Shown here: one piece after another, positions 6,668-15,870 of the stretch
How the letters are laid out: each line of letters opens with the position of its first letter
Position numbering within the stretch: position 1 is the first letter of the stretch
Assembly: GCA_035542135.1 (NCBI GenBank)
Contig: DATKLZ010000092.1
Coordinates: forward strand, 1 to 60,006
Source: Steroidobacteraceae bacterium
GTDB taxonomy: Bacteria > Pseudomonadota > Gammaproteobacteria > Steroidobacterales > Steroidobacteraceae
Direction: 5' to 3'
Length of the DNA stretch: 60,006 nucleotides
The notes under the pieces: generated by a model
What the model saw: the letters and a program-made list of their open reading frames with translations, nothing else
The model's database searches: none
Told to the model about the DNA's origin: nothing
Made by a program: the position numbers and the translations under genes

Positions 6668-8263
6668 ATGACCATTCTCAAAAGAACGCTGGGATCCACG
6701 CTGCTCGTGGGTCTCGCGCTCGTGCTGGCGGCCTGCCATGGCTCGTCGGCGCATCTCGTCTCGATCCAGGCCACGCTCGCCACCCCCACCGTCAACTACG
6801 GTGCGACCGACCAGGTCACGGTGCAGGCCCTGGACTCGAAGGGCCACAGCACGACCGCAACGAACGCAACGTTCGCCTCGTCCGATCCCACGGTTGCGAC
6901 CGTCAGCAACTCGGGTCTCGTCACCGGGGCAGGGCCGGGTACCGCGACGATCACCGCCACGGTCTCGGGCCTGACTTCCAGCGTCAGCGTCACCGTGCTG
7001 GCCTCGGCCGTGCAGGTGCTGCACGCCTCGCCCGACGCGCCCGCCGTCAACGTGCTGGTCGACGGTGCCGCGGCGATCTCGGACCTCGACTACGGGCACG
7101 GCAGCGGCAGCACCTTGCTGGCGCCGGGCTCCCACAGCGTGGCCGTCCAGGCGCAGGTCCCGGGCACACCCGCGACGGTCATCGGGCCGACCGACCTGAT
7201 GCTCGATGCCTCCACGCAATACATCGTCATCGCCGAGGGCGCCGTCGCAAACCTGGGCCCGGTGATCTTCACCCGCCCGCTCGCGCCGGTCGCTTCGGGG
7301 CAGGCCCGCGTGCAGGTGTTCCATGCCGCGCCGAACGCGCCCGCCGTGGATGTGTACGTCACGGCTCCGGGCGCCAGCCTCGATGGCGTGCAGCCGCTCG
7401 GCAGCTTCTCCTTCCAGGGCACGATCGGCCCGGCCTCCGTTCCGGCGGGCTCCTATGAGATCCGCGTGACGGTCGCCGGAAATCCGTCCCAGGTCGTGTT
7501 CGACTCGGGCTCGGTGGCGCTGGCCGCCGGGGCGGACCTGCTGATCGCCGCCGAACAGAACGTCGGCCCGGGCTCGGCGCCCGTCACGCTGGCGGTCACC
7601 GATGCGAGCGGCAACAACAGCACGATATTCGACGTGGCCACGCCGGCCACGGTGCGCGTCATCCATGACAGCGCCGATGCCCCGGCCGTTTCGGTGTACG
7701 CCAACTCCAGCTTCACGACCCCGGTCATCGCCTCGCTGGCGTTCCCGAACTTCACCGGCTACCTGCCGATCTTCCCGGCCTCCTCGCTGACCAGCGTGCA
7801 GGTCACGCCGGCCGGCAATCCGGGCACCGTCGTCATCGACGCGCCGCTGGCACTGAATGCCGGCACCCAGTACTCGGTCTATGCGGTCGGCCCGCTCGCC
7901 TCGATCGCCCCGCTCGTCACGACGGACGACCGGCGCCGGCTGGCGACCCAGGCCAAGGTGCGCATCATCCACGGCTCGCCGACCGCGGGTCCGGTCGACA
8001 TCTACCTGACGGCGCCGGGCGCCGGCATCGACACGGCCACGCCGATCCTGACTTCGGTGCCGTTCAAGGCCGACACCGGGTTCCTCAGCGTCGCGGCGGG
8101 TTCCTACGACGTGACCGTGACGCCCGCGGGCACGAAGACCCCGGCCATTGGTCCGGCGACGATCACGGTCGCGAACGCCGGCATCTACACCGCGGTGGCC
8201 CGCGACAACGCCGGCGGTGGCGGGCCGCTCGGCCTGATCCTGCTCGACGATTTCGCGCCCTGA
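6668..8263 (+). CDS. Lipoprotein with Big_2 (bacterial Ig-like) domain and four DUF4397 repeats
   Basis: ATG at 6668 with GGAGGG RBS. Lipobox LVLAAC. Big_2-like VTVQALDSKG...ATITATVSG. Four repeats of the type VQVLHASPDAPAVNVLV / VRVIHDSADAPAVSVY. Confidence 0.85.
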   Translation: MTILKRTLGSTLLVGLALVLAACHGSSAHLVSIQATLATPTVNYGATDQVTVQALDSKGHSTTATNATFASSDPTVATVSNSGLVTGAGPGTATITATVSGLTSSVSVTVLASAVQVLHASPDAPAVNVLVDGAAAISDLDYGHGSGSTLLAPGSHSVAVQAQVPGTPATVIGPTDLMLDASTQYIVIAEGAVANLGPVIFTRPLAPVASGQARVQVFHAAPNAPAVDVYVTAPGASLDGVQPLGSFSFQGTIGPASVPAGSYEIRVTVAGNPSQVVFDSGSVALAAGADLLIAAEQNVGPGSAPVTLAVTDASGNNSTIFDVATPATVRVIHDSADAPAVSVYANSSFTTPVIASLAFPNFTGYLPIFPASSLTSVQVTPAGNPGTVVIDAPLALNAGTQYSVYAVGPLASIAPLVTTDDRRRLATQAKVRIIHGSPTAGPVDIYLTAPGAGIDTATPILTSVPFKADTGFLSVAAGSYDVTVTPAGTKTPAIGPATITVANAGIYTAVARDNAGGGGPLGLILLDDFAP

Positions 8264-8283
8264 CGGGAGCGGATCACGTGGAC

Positions 8284-8317
8284 GCCGGGGCAGCGGTGAC
8301 GGCACCGCTGCCCCGGC
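8284..8317. terminator. 15-bp GC-rich hairpin after the DUF4397 gene
   Basis: GCCGGGGCAGCGGTG-ACGG-CACCGCTGCCCCGGC is a perfect stem with no U-tract. Confidence 0.4.
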
Positions 8318-8418
8318 CGCCGCGACGACCACTCGATGATCGTGCGCGCAATTGCTACGCTTCGAGTCCATGGCTGACATGGAACAGTTCTGCGCGCGGC
8401 CGAGGCGGGGAACCCAGG

Positions 8419-9315
8419 ATGTGTGAGCACGACGACTTCGAGGAATTTGCCCGACGCGCGGCTGTGAGCCGCAGGCAGTTCGGGACGCTGGCGCTGGGCA
8501 CCGGGCTGGCGGCGCTGTTGCCTTCGCTGGCGACGGGCGCGGGAGCGGGCGATGCGGAACCCGCCGCCCCGAACACCATCGGCGCGGACATCACGGTCAA
8601 CACGCCTGACGGCGCCGCCGACGCGTATTTCGTGCACCCTGCCAGCGGTGCGCATGCGGCGGTGCTGATGTGGCCGGATATCTTCGGCCTGCGGCCGGCC
8701 TTCAAGGGCATGGCCACGCGGCTGGCCGGTGCCGGCTACGCGGTGCTGGTCGTGAATCCCTTCTACCGCAGCCAGAAGGCGCCGACTGCGCCGGAGCATG
8801 CCGATTTCAACGATCCGCCGACGCGCGATGCGCTGATGGCGCTGGCGCACTCGCTCTCGCCGGCCACCGCGGCCACCGACGCGCGGGCCTTCGTCGATTT
8901 CCTCGATGGCCAGGCCGCGGTGGACACGAAGCGCAAGGTCGGCACGCTGGGCTACTGCATGAGCGGCCCGATCGCGATCCGCACCGCGGCCGCGCGCGCC
9001 GAACGCATCGGCGCCGTGGCGACTTTCCACGGCGGCGGCCTGGTCACGAAGGATGCCGACAGCCCGCACCTGCTGATCGCGCAGACCCATGCGCGCTACC
9101 TGGTCGCGATCGCCGCCAGTGACGACGCGCGTGATCCGGACGCCCGGCGCGTGCTGCGCGCGAGCTTCGATCAGGCCCAGCTGCGGGCCGAGGTCGAGGT
9201 GTACGCGGGTACGCAGCATGGCTGGTGCCCCACCGACTCGCATGTGTATGACCACGACCAGGCCGAGAAGGCCTGGTCGCGGCTGCTGGCGCTGTTCGGC
9301 GAGGGACTGGCCTAG
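8419..9315 (+). CDS. Dienelactone hydrolase family protein, Tat-signal
   Basis: ATG at 8419. Twin-arginine signal SRRQFGTLALG. DLH-type nucleophile motif GYCMSG. Typical VNPFY and HGW segments. Confidence 0.85.
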   Translation: MCEHDDFEEFARRAAVSRRQFGTLALGTGLAALLPSLATGAGAGDAEPAAPNTIGADITVNTPDGAADAYFVHPASGAHAAVLMWPDIFGLRPAFKGMATRLAGAGYAVLVVNPFYRSQKAPTAPEHADFNDPPTRDALMALAHSLSPATAATDARAFVDFLDGQAAVDTKRKVGTLGYCMSGPIAIRTAAARAERIGAVATFHGGGLVTKDADSPHLLIAQTHARYLVAIAASDDARDPDARRVLRASFDQAQLRAEVEVYAGTQHGWCPTDSHVYDHDQAEKAWSRLLALFGEGLA

Positions 9316-9364
9316 TTGCGCGCGGCCGCCCGGGCAGCGCGCCCCGGCACCCGGCGCGGGCGGT

Positions 9365-9574
9365 CTAGCCCGCCTTCGATTCCTTGTTCTGGTCGATCCA
9401 GACGAGCGCGGCTTCGATATCCGCGAGGTCGCCCGCATTGAAACCGGGCACGCGGCCGCCGCCGGCCGATTCCTTGAGCCGGTTGAAGTCGGCCTGGGCC
9501 TGGGCGTGGACCCAGTTCAGTCCGCGGCGAACCTTGGAAGTGAATTTCTGCTTGGATTCTTCGGTCATGGTCAT
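9365..9574 (-). CDS. Small hypothetical protein (69 aa)
   Basis: AAGGA sits just upstream of tandem ATGs. Lys/Glu-rich, non-shadow composition. No family recognised. Confidence 0.5.
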   Translation of the reverse strand: MTMTEESKQKFTSKVRRGLNWVHAQAQADFNRLKESAGGGRVPGFNAGDLADIEAALVWIDQNKESKAG

Positions 9575-9682
9575 TCCTTAACATCGAATCAGGGCCCAGT
9601 TTCGCAGATACGCCAGCGGCTGTCTCGCGCGGCGTGCGGACGCCGCGGCCGGATCGGCGCGATCGGCCGGGAGTCGGCGCGT

Positions 9683-10318
9683 TCACCGTGCCCGGGCCAA
9701 TGGATTGGGCACCGGCGGGCCGACGCGGGCCAGTGTATTGCCGTCGGTATGGTGGAACGGTTCCTTCTGCCCCTTCACGAGCAGGATCGTGTCTTCGAAG
9801 TAGGACCACGTGCCGTCGGCATTGATCGTGACCTGCAGCCGGAATTCGATCGTCGTGAACGCCTGCTCGAGGAACCACCCGGATACGATGCCGTTCTCCG
9901 TCGAGCCGCGCTTCGCCACGACTTCGAAGCCGGTTGCATCGCGCGCCGCCGTGCCGGTCGCGAGCGCGGCCTGGCCGCGCGGGATCGTCAGCGTGTGGAT
10001 CAGCGCTTCGGTCGCCGGCTCCCACAGCCAATAGCCGACCTGGTCATGATAGGTCTCGACCTCGTCGGGCTTGACCACATGCGTGTGATAGCGCAACCCG
10101 TACAGCAGCTGCGGGCCGTTGGCCTGCGGGTCGATCGGCTGCAGGTCGATGCGCTCGAGATACGCCTGCCGGCGCGGCCCCTCGGGCTTGGGATTCACGT
10201 CCATGCCGCGCATGCCTTCCCACGTGCCGGCAAGGGCGGCCAGCGGACCGAGATTGGCGAGCGTGTCGACGTCGACGTTCTCGGGTTCGGTGTAGATATC
10301 GCCAGGCAGTTCGCTCAT
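9683..10318 (-). CDS. Nitrobindin/THAP4-like heme-binding beta-barrel (DUF1794) protein
   Basis: From the internal ATG: MSELPGDIYTEPEN...LAGTWEG.G.D...YGLRYHT...VGYWLWEP, as in FABP-like nitrobindin family proteins. Confidence 0.7.
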   Translation of the reverse strand: MSELPGDIYTEPENVDVDTLANLGPLAALAGTWEGMRGMDVNPKPEGPRRQAYLERIDLQPIDPQANGPQLLYGLRYHTHVVKPDEVETYHDQVGYWLWEPATEALIHTLTIPRGQAALATGTAARDATGFEVVAKRGSTENGIVSGWFLEQAFTTIEFRLQVTINADGTWSYFEDTILLVKGQKEPFHHTDGNTLARVGPPVPNPLARAR

Positions 10319-10383
10319 AGTCTTCCGCCAGCAGGGCGTCGGGCCGCCATTGTCCACGAGCACGGCCGGCGCGGGTAGGGTGC

Positions 10384-10965
10384 ATGGCCAAGCCAGTCAA
10401 GCGAACGCGCCGACGCTGCGCCTGGGCGGACGGCGATCCGCTCATGGGCGCGTACCACGACCGCGAGTGGGGCGTACCGCAGCGCGATGGCCGCATGCTC
10501 TGGGAAATGCTGATGCTCGAGGGCTTCCAGGCGGGCCTGTCGTGGATCACCGTGCTGCGCAAGCGCGAGGCCTTCCGCGCGGCCTTCGCCGGCTTCGAGC
10601 CCGAGAAGGTGGCGCGCTTCGGAGCGCGCGACGTGCAGCGGCTGATGGGCGACGCGGGCATCATCCGCGCTCGCGCCAAGATCGAGGCGACGATCCGCGG
10701 CGCGCGGGTCTATTGCGACATGGCGGCGCGCGGCGAGGATTTCAGCGCCTTCTGCTGGTCGTTCACGGGCGGCAAGGTCGTGCGCGGCAACGGCCGCACG
10801 CGCGTCGTCTCCTCGGCGCTGTCCGAACGCATCTCGAAGGAACTGAAGCGGCGCGGCTTCAAGTTCGTCGGCCCCACGATCGTCTACGCCTGGATGCAGG
10901 CGGTGGGCATCGTCGATGACCACGCGATCGGCTGCTTCAGGGCTGCTGCGCCCCGGCGTCGTTGA
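10384..10965 (+). CDS. tag: DNA-3-methyladenine glycosylase I
   Basis: YHDREWGVP, LEGFQAGLSWITVL, FKFVGPTIVYAWMQAVG are hallmark Tag motifs. Confidence 0.92.
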   Translation: MAKPVKRTRRRCAWADGDPLMGAYHDREWGVPQRDGRMLWEMLMLEGFQAGLSWITVLRKREAFRAAFAGFEPEKVARFGARDVQRLMGDAGIIRARAKIEATIRGARVYCDMAARGEDFSAFCWSFTGGKVVRGNGRTRVVSSALSERISKELKRRGFKFVGPTIVYAWMQAVGIVDDHAIGCFRAAAPRRR

Positions 10966-11073
10966 GGCGCGCCGCATGCACCGCGGTGCTGGCGCATGCA
11001 CGGCGTGCCGGCCTATGGCGGCTGGACGGCCGGCCCGGTACGATCCTGATCGGTCGGCTACGAAGGAACCGGG

Positions 11074-11793
11074 ATGGCCAAGCACGCATTGTTGAGCAAC
11101 GTCGAGCACAAGGGGCTGCGCATCATCACGACGCGTGCCGCGGCCTACGGCGACAACCAGATGTTCGCGCTGGCCGTGCCGGCCGAGTTCCGCAACATCT
11201 CCGGTTGCTATCCCATCGTGTTCCAGAAGCGCAGCGACAGCGGCGAATTCCAGCCGCTCGCGCTGTTCGGTTTCCAGCCGGGCGAGAACCTGTTCCTGAC
11301 CGACGCGGGCTGGGATGCCACCTACATTCCATTCAGCGTCGAACGGCTTCCGTTCCTGATCGGCGGCGGCACTCCTGCGGAGCCCGGGCAGCCGGCGCGA
11401 CCGGTCGTGCACATCGACCTCGACAGTCCGCGCGTGAGCTGGACCGAGGGCGAGCCGCTGTTCCTCGAATACGGCGGCTCGACGCCGTATCTCGAGCGCG
11501 TCAGCGGGCTGCTCGGCGCGCTGCATGCCGGCATCGCCGCCACCCAGCCGTTCGTCGAGGCGCTGCTGTCGCACGACCTGCTCGAATCATTCGTGCTGGA
11601 CGTGCAGCTCAAGGACGGCTCGAACCGGCGCCTGGCCGGCTTCCATACGGTCAACGAGGAGCGGATGCGCAAGCTCGACGGCGCCGTCGTGGCCAGGCTG
11701 CACGAGCAGGGATTCCTCGAAGCGGCGTACATGGTGGTGGCTTCGACGGTGCATTTCCGCGACCTCATCGAACGCAGCAACCGGCGCGTGTAG
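11074..11793 (+). CDS. SapC family protein
   Basis: 239 aa. The N-terminus (NVEHKGLRI...FALAVPAEF...YPIVFQK) and length match SapC-family proteins that are common in Xanthomonadales. Confidence 0.75.
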   Translation: MAKHALLSNVEHKGLRIITTRAAAYGDNQMFALAVPAEFRNISGCYPIVFQKRSDSGEFQPLALFGFQPGENLFLTDAGWDATYIPFSVERLPFLIGGGTPAEPGQPARPVVHIDLDSPRVSWTEGEPLFLEYGGSTPYLERVSGLLGALHAGIAATQPFVEALLSHDLLESFVLDVQLKDGSNRRLAGFHTVNEERMRKLDGAVVARLHEQGFLEAAYMVVASTVHFRDLIERSNRRV

Positions 11794-11833
11794 CGGCAGC
11801 GGCCGCGATCGGCGGGAGCGCTGGTGCGCGCCT

Positions 11834-12961
11834 TCAGCGCCGCAGGCGGCGCGGCGCGAGTTGCGCCGGCGCCAGCCGTTGCGCGGCGAGTGGCGCGGGC
11901 AGTGCTCGGCCGAGGATGGCCGAGGCCGCGAACGGGCCGAGCGCGGCCGCGGTCTGGATGCCGTAGCCGCCCAGGCCCGCGTGCCAGTAGAAGCCCGGAT
12001 GGTCCTCCTCGAAGCCCGAGACCGGATCCCGGTCGGGTCCGAACACGCGCAGCCCGGTCCACGAGCGCAGCACGCGAGTCACCGGAAAATCGACCACCTG
12101 CTCGATGCGATCGACGGCGGTGGCCACATCGATGTCTTCCGGCAGCGCATCGACGGGCGGCGAGGGCACTTCCTCGCCGAGCGAGCCGAGCAGGCGGCCG
12201 GCGTCGGGCTTGAAGTAGAACTGTTCGTCGGCGTCGGCGACCATCGGCCAGCGCGATGCGTCGCGCCCCGCGGGCGCATCGAAGATGAAGGCGGTGCGCC
12301 GGTGCGGCACGAGCCCGAGCGGCGCGACGCCGGCCATGCCCGCCAGCCCGTCCGCCCAGGCGCCGGCGGCATTCACGACCACATCCGCGCGCAATTCGAA
12401 ACCGGGGCCGCGGATGCGCCAGGCTGCGCCCTCACGGGCGAGCGCCGTGACCTCGTGCCCCGCCAGCCAGCGCGCGCCGTGCGTGCGGGCAATGCGCAGG
12501 AATCCCTGCAGCAGTGCATCGACGTCGAGATCCCAGGCGTTGGCATCGAGCAGCGCCCAGTCGAAGCCGTCCGTCCGCAGCACCGGCACCAGCGCAAGCG
12601 CTTCCTGCTTCGAGAGGCGCCCCGTCGCCAGGCCCGCGGCCGCGGCCTCGCGTTCATACTGGTCCAGCGCCTCGCGCCGTGCCTCGCGGCCGATCATCAG
12701 GTAGCCGCGCTCGCGCAACAGCGGCCCAGCCGAGAAACCTTCCGGCGGCGCAGCCAGGAACGGCTGGGCGGCGAGGGTCAGTTGCTGCACCAGGCGGCTG
12801 CAGTAATTGGGCGAGAACAATGCGGCCGAGCGGCCGGTGCTGTGATAGCCGGCGTGCGGCTCGCGCTCGAGCAGCGCGACGCGCGCGTGTGGCGCCAGGT
12901 GCGCGGCGACCGAAGCACCGGCCATGCCGCCGCCGATGATGCAGGCGTCGACGGAATCCAT
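11834..12961 (-). CDS. FAD-dependent oxidoreductase (DAO family)
   Basis: N-terminal dinucleotide fold DACIIGGGMAGASVAAHL..VALLERE. About 375 aa, typical of glycine/D-amino-acid oxidase-like enzymes. Confidence 0.85.
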   Translation of the reverse strand: MDSVDACIIGGGMAGASVAAHLAPHARVALLEREPHAGYHSTGRSAALFSPNYCSRLVQQLTLAAQPFLAAPPEGFSAGPLLRERGYLMIGREARREALDQYEREAAAAGLATGRLSKQEALALVPVLRTDGFDWALLDANAWDLDVDALLQGFLRIARTHGARWLAGHEVTALAREGAAWRIRGPGFELRADVVVNAAGAWADGLAGMAGVAPLGLVPHRRTAFIFDAPAGRDASRWPMVADADEQFYFKPDAGRLLGSLGEEVPSPPVDALPEDIDVATAVDRIEQVVDFPVTRVLRSWTGLRVFGPDRDPVSGFEEDHPGFYWHAGLGGYGIQTAAALGPFAASAILGRALPAPLAAQRLAPAQLAPRRLRR

Positions 12962-12982
12962 CGGTGCCCGGCGCGGGCGCTC

Positions 12983-13936
12983 TCAGGCGGCGCGCGGCGC
13001 GCGCGCCACGCGGCCACACAGGTACGTCCACACCAGCGTGGCGGCCGCGTTGCTGCTGAGCTCGGCGTGATCGTAGGGCGGCGAGACTTCGCACAGGTCC
13101 ATGCCGATGAAATTCAGGCCATCGAGGTCCTCGAGCAGCGTCAATGCCTGCGTGGTCGAGAGTCCGCCAGGCTCGGGCGTGCCGGTGCCCGGCGCGTAGG
13201 CCGGATCGAGGCAGTCGATGTCGAAGCTGAGGTACACCGGAACAGCCGCGTGTGCCGCCAGGCGCGCGCGCACCTCCGTGGTGACGCGCTCGAGCTGCGC
13301 GGAACTGGCGAGGCCACGCAGGTCGCGGCCGGTGTAGATCAGCCCGCCGCGGTCGGCGACATAGTTCGACGTGGCCGGCGCGGCTGCGGAGCGGATGCCG
13401 ATCTGCACCGACAGTCTTGGATCGACCAGGCCCTCGCGCAGCGCTTCGAACACCCAGGTGCCGTGGCCCGAGGGCTCGTCGAAATGCGACTCCCAGGTGT
13501 CGCAGTGCGCGTCGAAATGCAGCAACGCGAGCGGTCGGCCGACGTGCGCGCGATAGGCGCGCAGCAGCGAGAGGGTGATCGAGTGGTCGCCGCCGAGCCA
13601 GACCATGTGGTGCTTCGCTAGCAACGAGCGCGCCTGCGGCTCGAGCGCCGCGCGCATCGGGCCAAGCGCGGTGTTGGGCAGCGTCAGGTCGCCGCAGTCG
13701 GCGAGCGCCTCGAGTGGCGAGAGACCGTAGGCGGGATGGATGCCGTCGCACAGCATGTGGCTCGCGCGCCGGATCTCCTGCGGGCCGAAGCGCGCGCCGG
13801 GGCGGTTCGTCGTTGCTCCGTCCCACGGCACGCCGGCGACGAGGAAGCGGGCATCGGGGCGCGCGGCGAGCGGCGGCGCACGCAGGAACCCGCCGTGCGT
13901 CGTCGAACCCTGGAACGCGAACAGGTACTCGCTCAT
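12983..13936 (-). CDS. speB: Agmatinase/guanidinobutyrase-family ureohydrolase
   Basis: Internal ATG at 13936. Mn-binding motifs GGDHSIT, DAHCD, SFDIDCLDP. The exact substrate (agmatine or another guanidino compound) is not resolvable. Confidence 0.85.
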   Translation of the reverse strand: MSEYLFAFQGSTTHGGFLRAPPLAARPDARFLVAGVPWDGATTNRPGARFGPQEIRRASHMLCDGIHPAYGLSPLEALADCGDLTLPNTALGPMRAALEPQARSLLAKHHMVWLGGDHSITLSLLRAYRAHVGRPLALLHFDAHCDTWESHFDEPSGHGTWVFEALREGLVDPRLSVQIGIRSAAAPATSNYVADRGGLIYTGRDLRGLASSAQLERVTTEVRARLAAHAAVPVYLSFDIDCLDPAYAPGTGTPEPGGLSTTQALTLLEDLDGLNFIGMDLCEVSPPYDHAELSSNAAATLVWTYLCGRVARAPRAA

Positions 13937-14053
13937 CGATGAATTATAGCAACAGGCATGCGCGCGCAGGCTTCTGGCAGGATCTGCAACACCCCGCCGC
14001 CGCCGCGCTGCCACGCTCGGGCGGTTTGGGCAGCTACCGACAAGGACACGAAC

Positions 14054-15766
14054 GTGGAAATCCATGCACGCATCAGCGCATCCGTGGCCGCGGCCCTGGC
14101 CCTGTCGTGGCTGGGCATTTCGCCGGCAGCGGCCGACCCGCCCGTGCGCCCGGCCGCGGCCCTGGGCGTCGCGGTGGGCAAGCTCCAGGCCGGCGACGCC
14201 GCCGGAGCCGTCGCCGCGCTGCAGCCGATCACGGCCAGCGAGCCGGACAACGCACCGGCATGGCGCGCACTGGGGCGCGCTTATCGCCAGCTGCACGAAC
14301 CCGCGCAGGCAGTCAGCGCCTACCAGCACGTCCTGCGGCTGGTGCCGGATTCGCCGGGCGATGCCTACGCGCTCGGCGCCTCCTACGCGGCACTGCACGA
14401 TGCCGAGCACGCCTTCGAATGGCTGCAGCGTGCAGCTGCGACACATCGTTACGACATGACCGAGATTGTCGATGACGCCAGCCTGGCATCGCTCCGCGGT
14501 GACCCGCGCTTCAACGCGCTGTTGCCCCGGGCAGCGGATTTCGAACAGCCGTTCGTCGAACCGGTGAAGATCATCCGCGAGTGGCGCGGCGAGGCCGCCG
14601 GCGACCAGTTCGGCTGGATAGCGCGCAACATCGGCGATGTCGACGGCGATGGCATCAACGACATCGTGACTTCGGCGCCCACGCATGGCGCGGGCAACTC
14701 GAATGCCGGCCGCATCTACGTGTACTCGGTCGGCACCGGCCGCCTGCTGTGGACCGCCGACGGGCAGGCGGGCGACCAGCTCGGCAGCGGGGTCGAAGCG
14801 GCGGGCGACACCAATCGCGACGGCATTCCCGATGTCGTCGCCAGCGGCCCTGCTGGTGCAGGCATCGCGCACATCTACTCCGGGCGCGATGGCCGCGTGC
14901 TGCAGACCTTCAAGTCACCGAATGCCGACGAAGCCTTCGGCAACCACGTCTCGGGCGCAGGCGACGTGAATGGCGACGGCTACGCCGATGTGATCGTGGG
15001 TTCTCCCGGCAAGGAAGGCGAAACCAAGGTCGCCGGCCACGCCTACATCTACTCGGGCAAGGATGGAGCGTTGCTGTACAGCTTGTCGGGAGAGCGTCCC
15101 GGCGACGGCTTCGGCAGCACGGTGGCCGCACATGTCGAAGGTCGCCGCGTGCAAGTGGTCGTCGGCGCGCCAGGGGCCGGGCCCCGTCATCATGGCCGCG
15201 TGTACGTGTACGAGGGCTGGCCGCCCAGGCGGAAATTCAGCGTGGACGCGGACGAAACCGGCAGCAAGCTCGGCTACATGTTCGTGTCCGTCCCGGGCGA
15301 CGTCGATGGCGACGGCGTGCCGGACGTCTACGCCTCCGACTGGAGCAATGCCGCGCGCGGGCCGTCGACCGGCCGCGTCTACATGCTGTCTGGGCGCACC
15401 GGCAAGCCACTCTACGCGCTCACCGGTGAAACCGCGGGCGACGGCTTCGGCACCAGCCCGTCGATGGCGGGCGATGTCGACGGCGATGGACGCGCCGACC
15501 TGATCATCGGCGCCTGGCAGTACGCGGGCGCCGCGGTCTCCGGCGGCAAGGCCTACCTGTATTCAGGACGCGACGGAAGGCTGCTGCGCACCTACACCTG
15601 CCGCACGCCCGGCGACACCTTCGGCTTCGATGCGGTGGGCCTGGGCGATGTCGACGGCGACGGCACCGTCGACCTGCTGGTCACTTCGGGATGGAGCGCC
15701 GCCAACGGCCACCATTCCGGCCGCGTGTTCGTCATTTCGAGCGGCGTCATGCGCAACAGCAAATAG
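14054..15766 (+). CDS. TPR + FG-GAP repeat (integrin-alpha-like beta-propeller) secreted protein
   Basis: Six Ca-binding-type motifs (GDVDGDGINDIV, GDTNRDGIPDVV, GDVNGDGYADVI, ...). N-terminal TPR segment. The start is placed at GTG 14054 (AAGGA RBS, signal peptide), but the ORF is open from 13958. Confidence 0.8.
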   Translation: MEIHARISASVAAALALSWLGISPAAADPPVRPAAALGVAVGKLQAGDAAGAVAALQPITASEPDNAPAWRALGRAYRQLHEPAQAVSAYQHVLRLVPDSPGDAYALGASYAALHDAEHAFEWLQRAAATHRYDMTEIVDDASLASLRGDPRFNALLPRAADFEQPFVEPVKIIREWRGEAAGDQFGWIARNIGDVDGDGINDIVTSAPTHGAGNSNAGRIYVYSVGTGRLLWTADGQAGDQLGSGVEAAGDTNRDGIPDVVASGPAGAGIAHIYSGRDGRVLQTFKSPNADEAFGNHVSGAGDVNGDGYADVIVGSPGKEGETKVAGHAYIYSGKDGALLYSLSGERPGDGFGSTVAAHVEGRRVQVVVGAPGAGPRHHGRVYVYEGWPPRRKFSVDADETGSKLGYMFVSVPGDVDGDGVPDVYASDWSNAARGPSTGRVYMLSGRTGKPLYALTGETAGDGFGTSPSMAGDVDGDGRADLIIGAWQYAGAAVSGGKAYLYSGRDGRLLRTYTCRTPGDTFGFDAVGLGDVDGDGTVDLLVTSGWSAANGHHSGRVFVISSGVMRNSK

Positions 15767-15870
15767 GCAAGTACTGCAACGGGCAGCCCGATCGCCCTCG
15801 CTACAGTCGGAACCCATGAGGCGGGTCAACGCGCCGGCCTGTGGAATTCCAACTTCAAGGGGGTCGTTTC

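Noticed and set aside
6464-8380. 638-aa minus-strand ORF opposite the DUF4397 lipoprotein gene
   Set aside because: The sequence is Arg/Gly/Asp-rich and repetitive with no motifs. The plus-strand frame has a lipobox, a Big_2 domain and four clean DUF4397 repeats.
15767-15870. Riboswitch (for example cobalamin or TPP) upstream of the TonB-dependent receptor genes (also 20506..20573)
   Set aside because: The leaders are only about 70-100 nt long and lack the conserved cores. They are too short for the known receptor-associated riboswitches.
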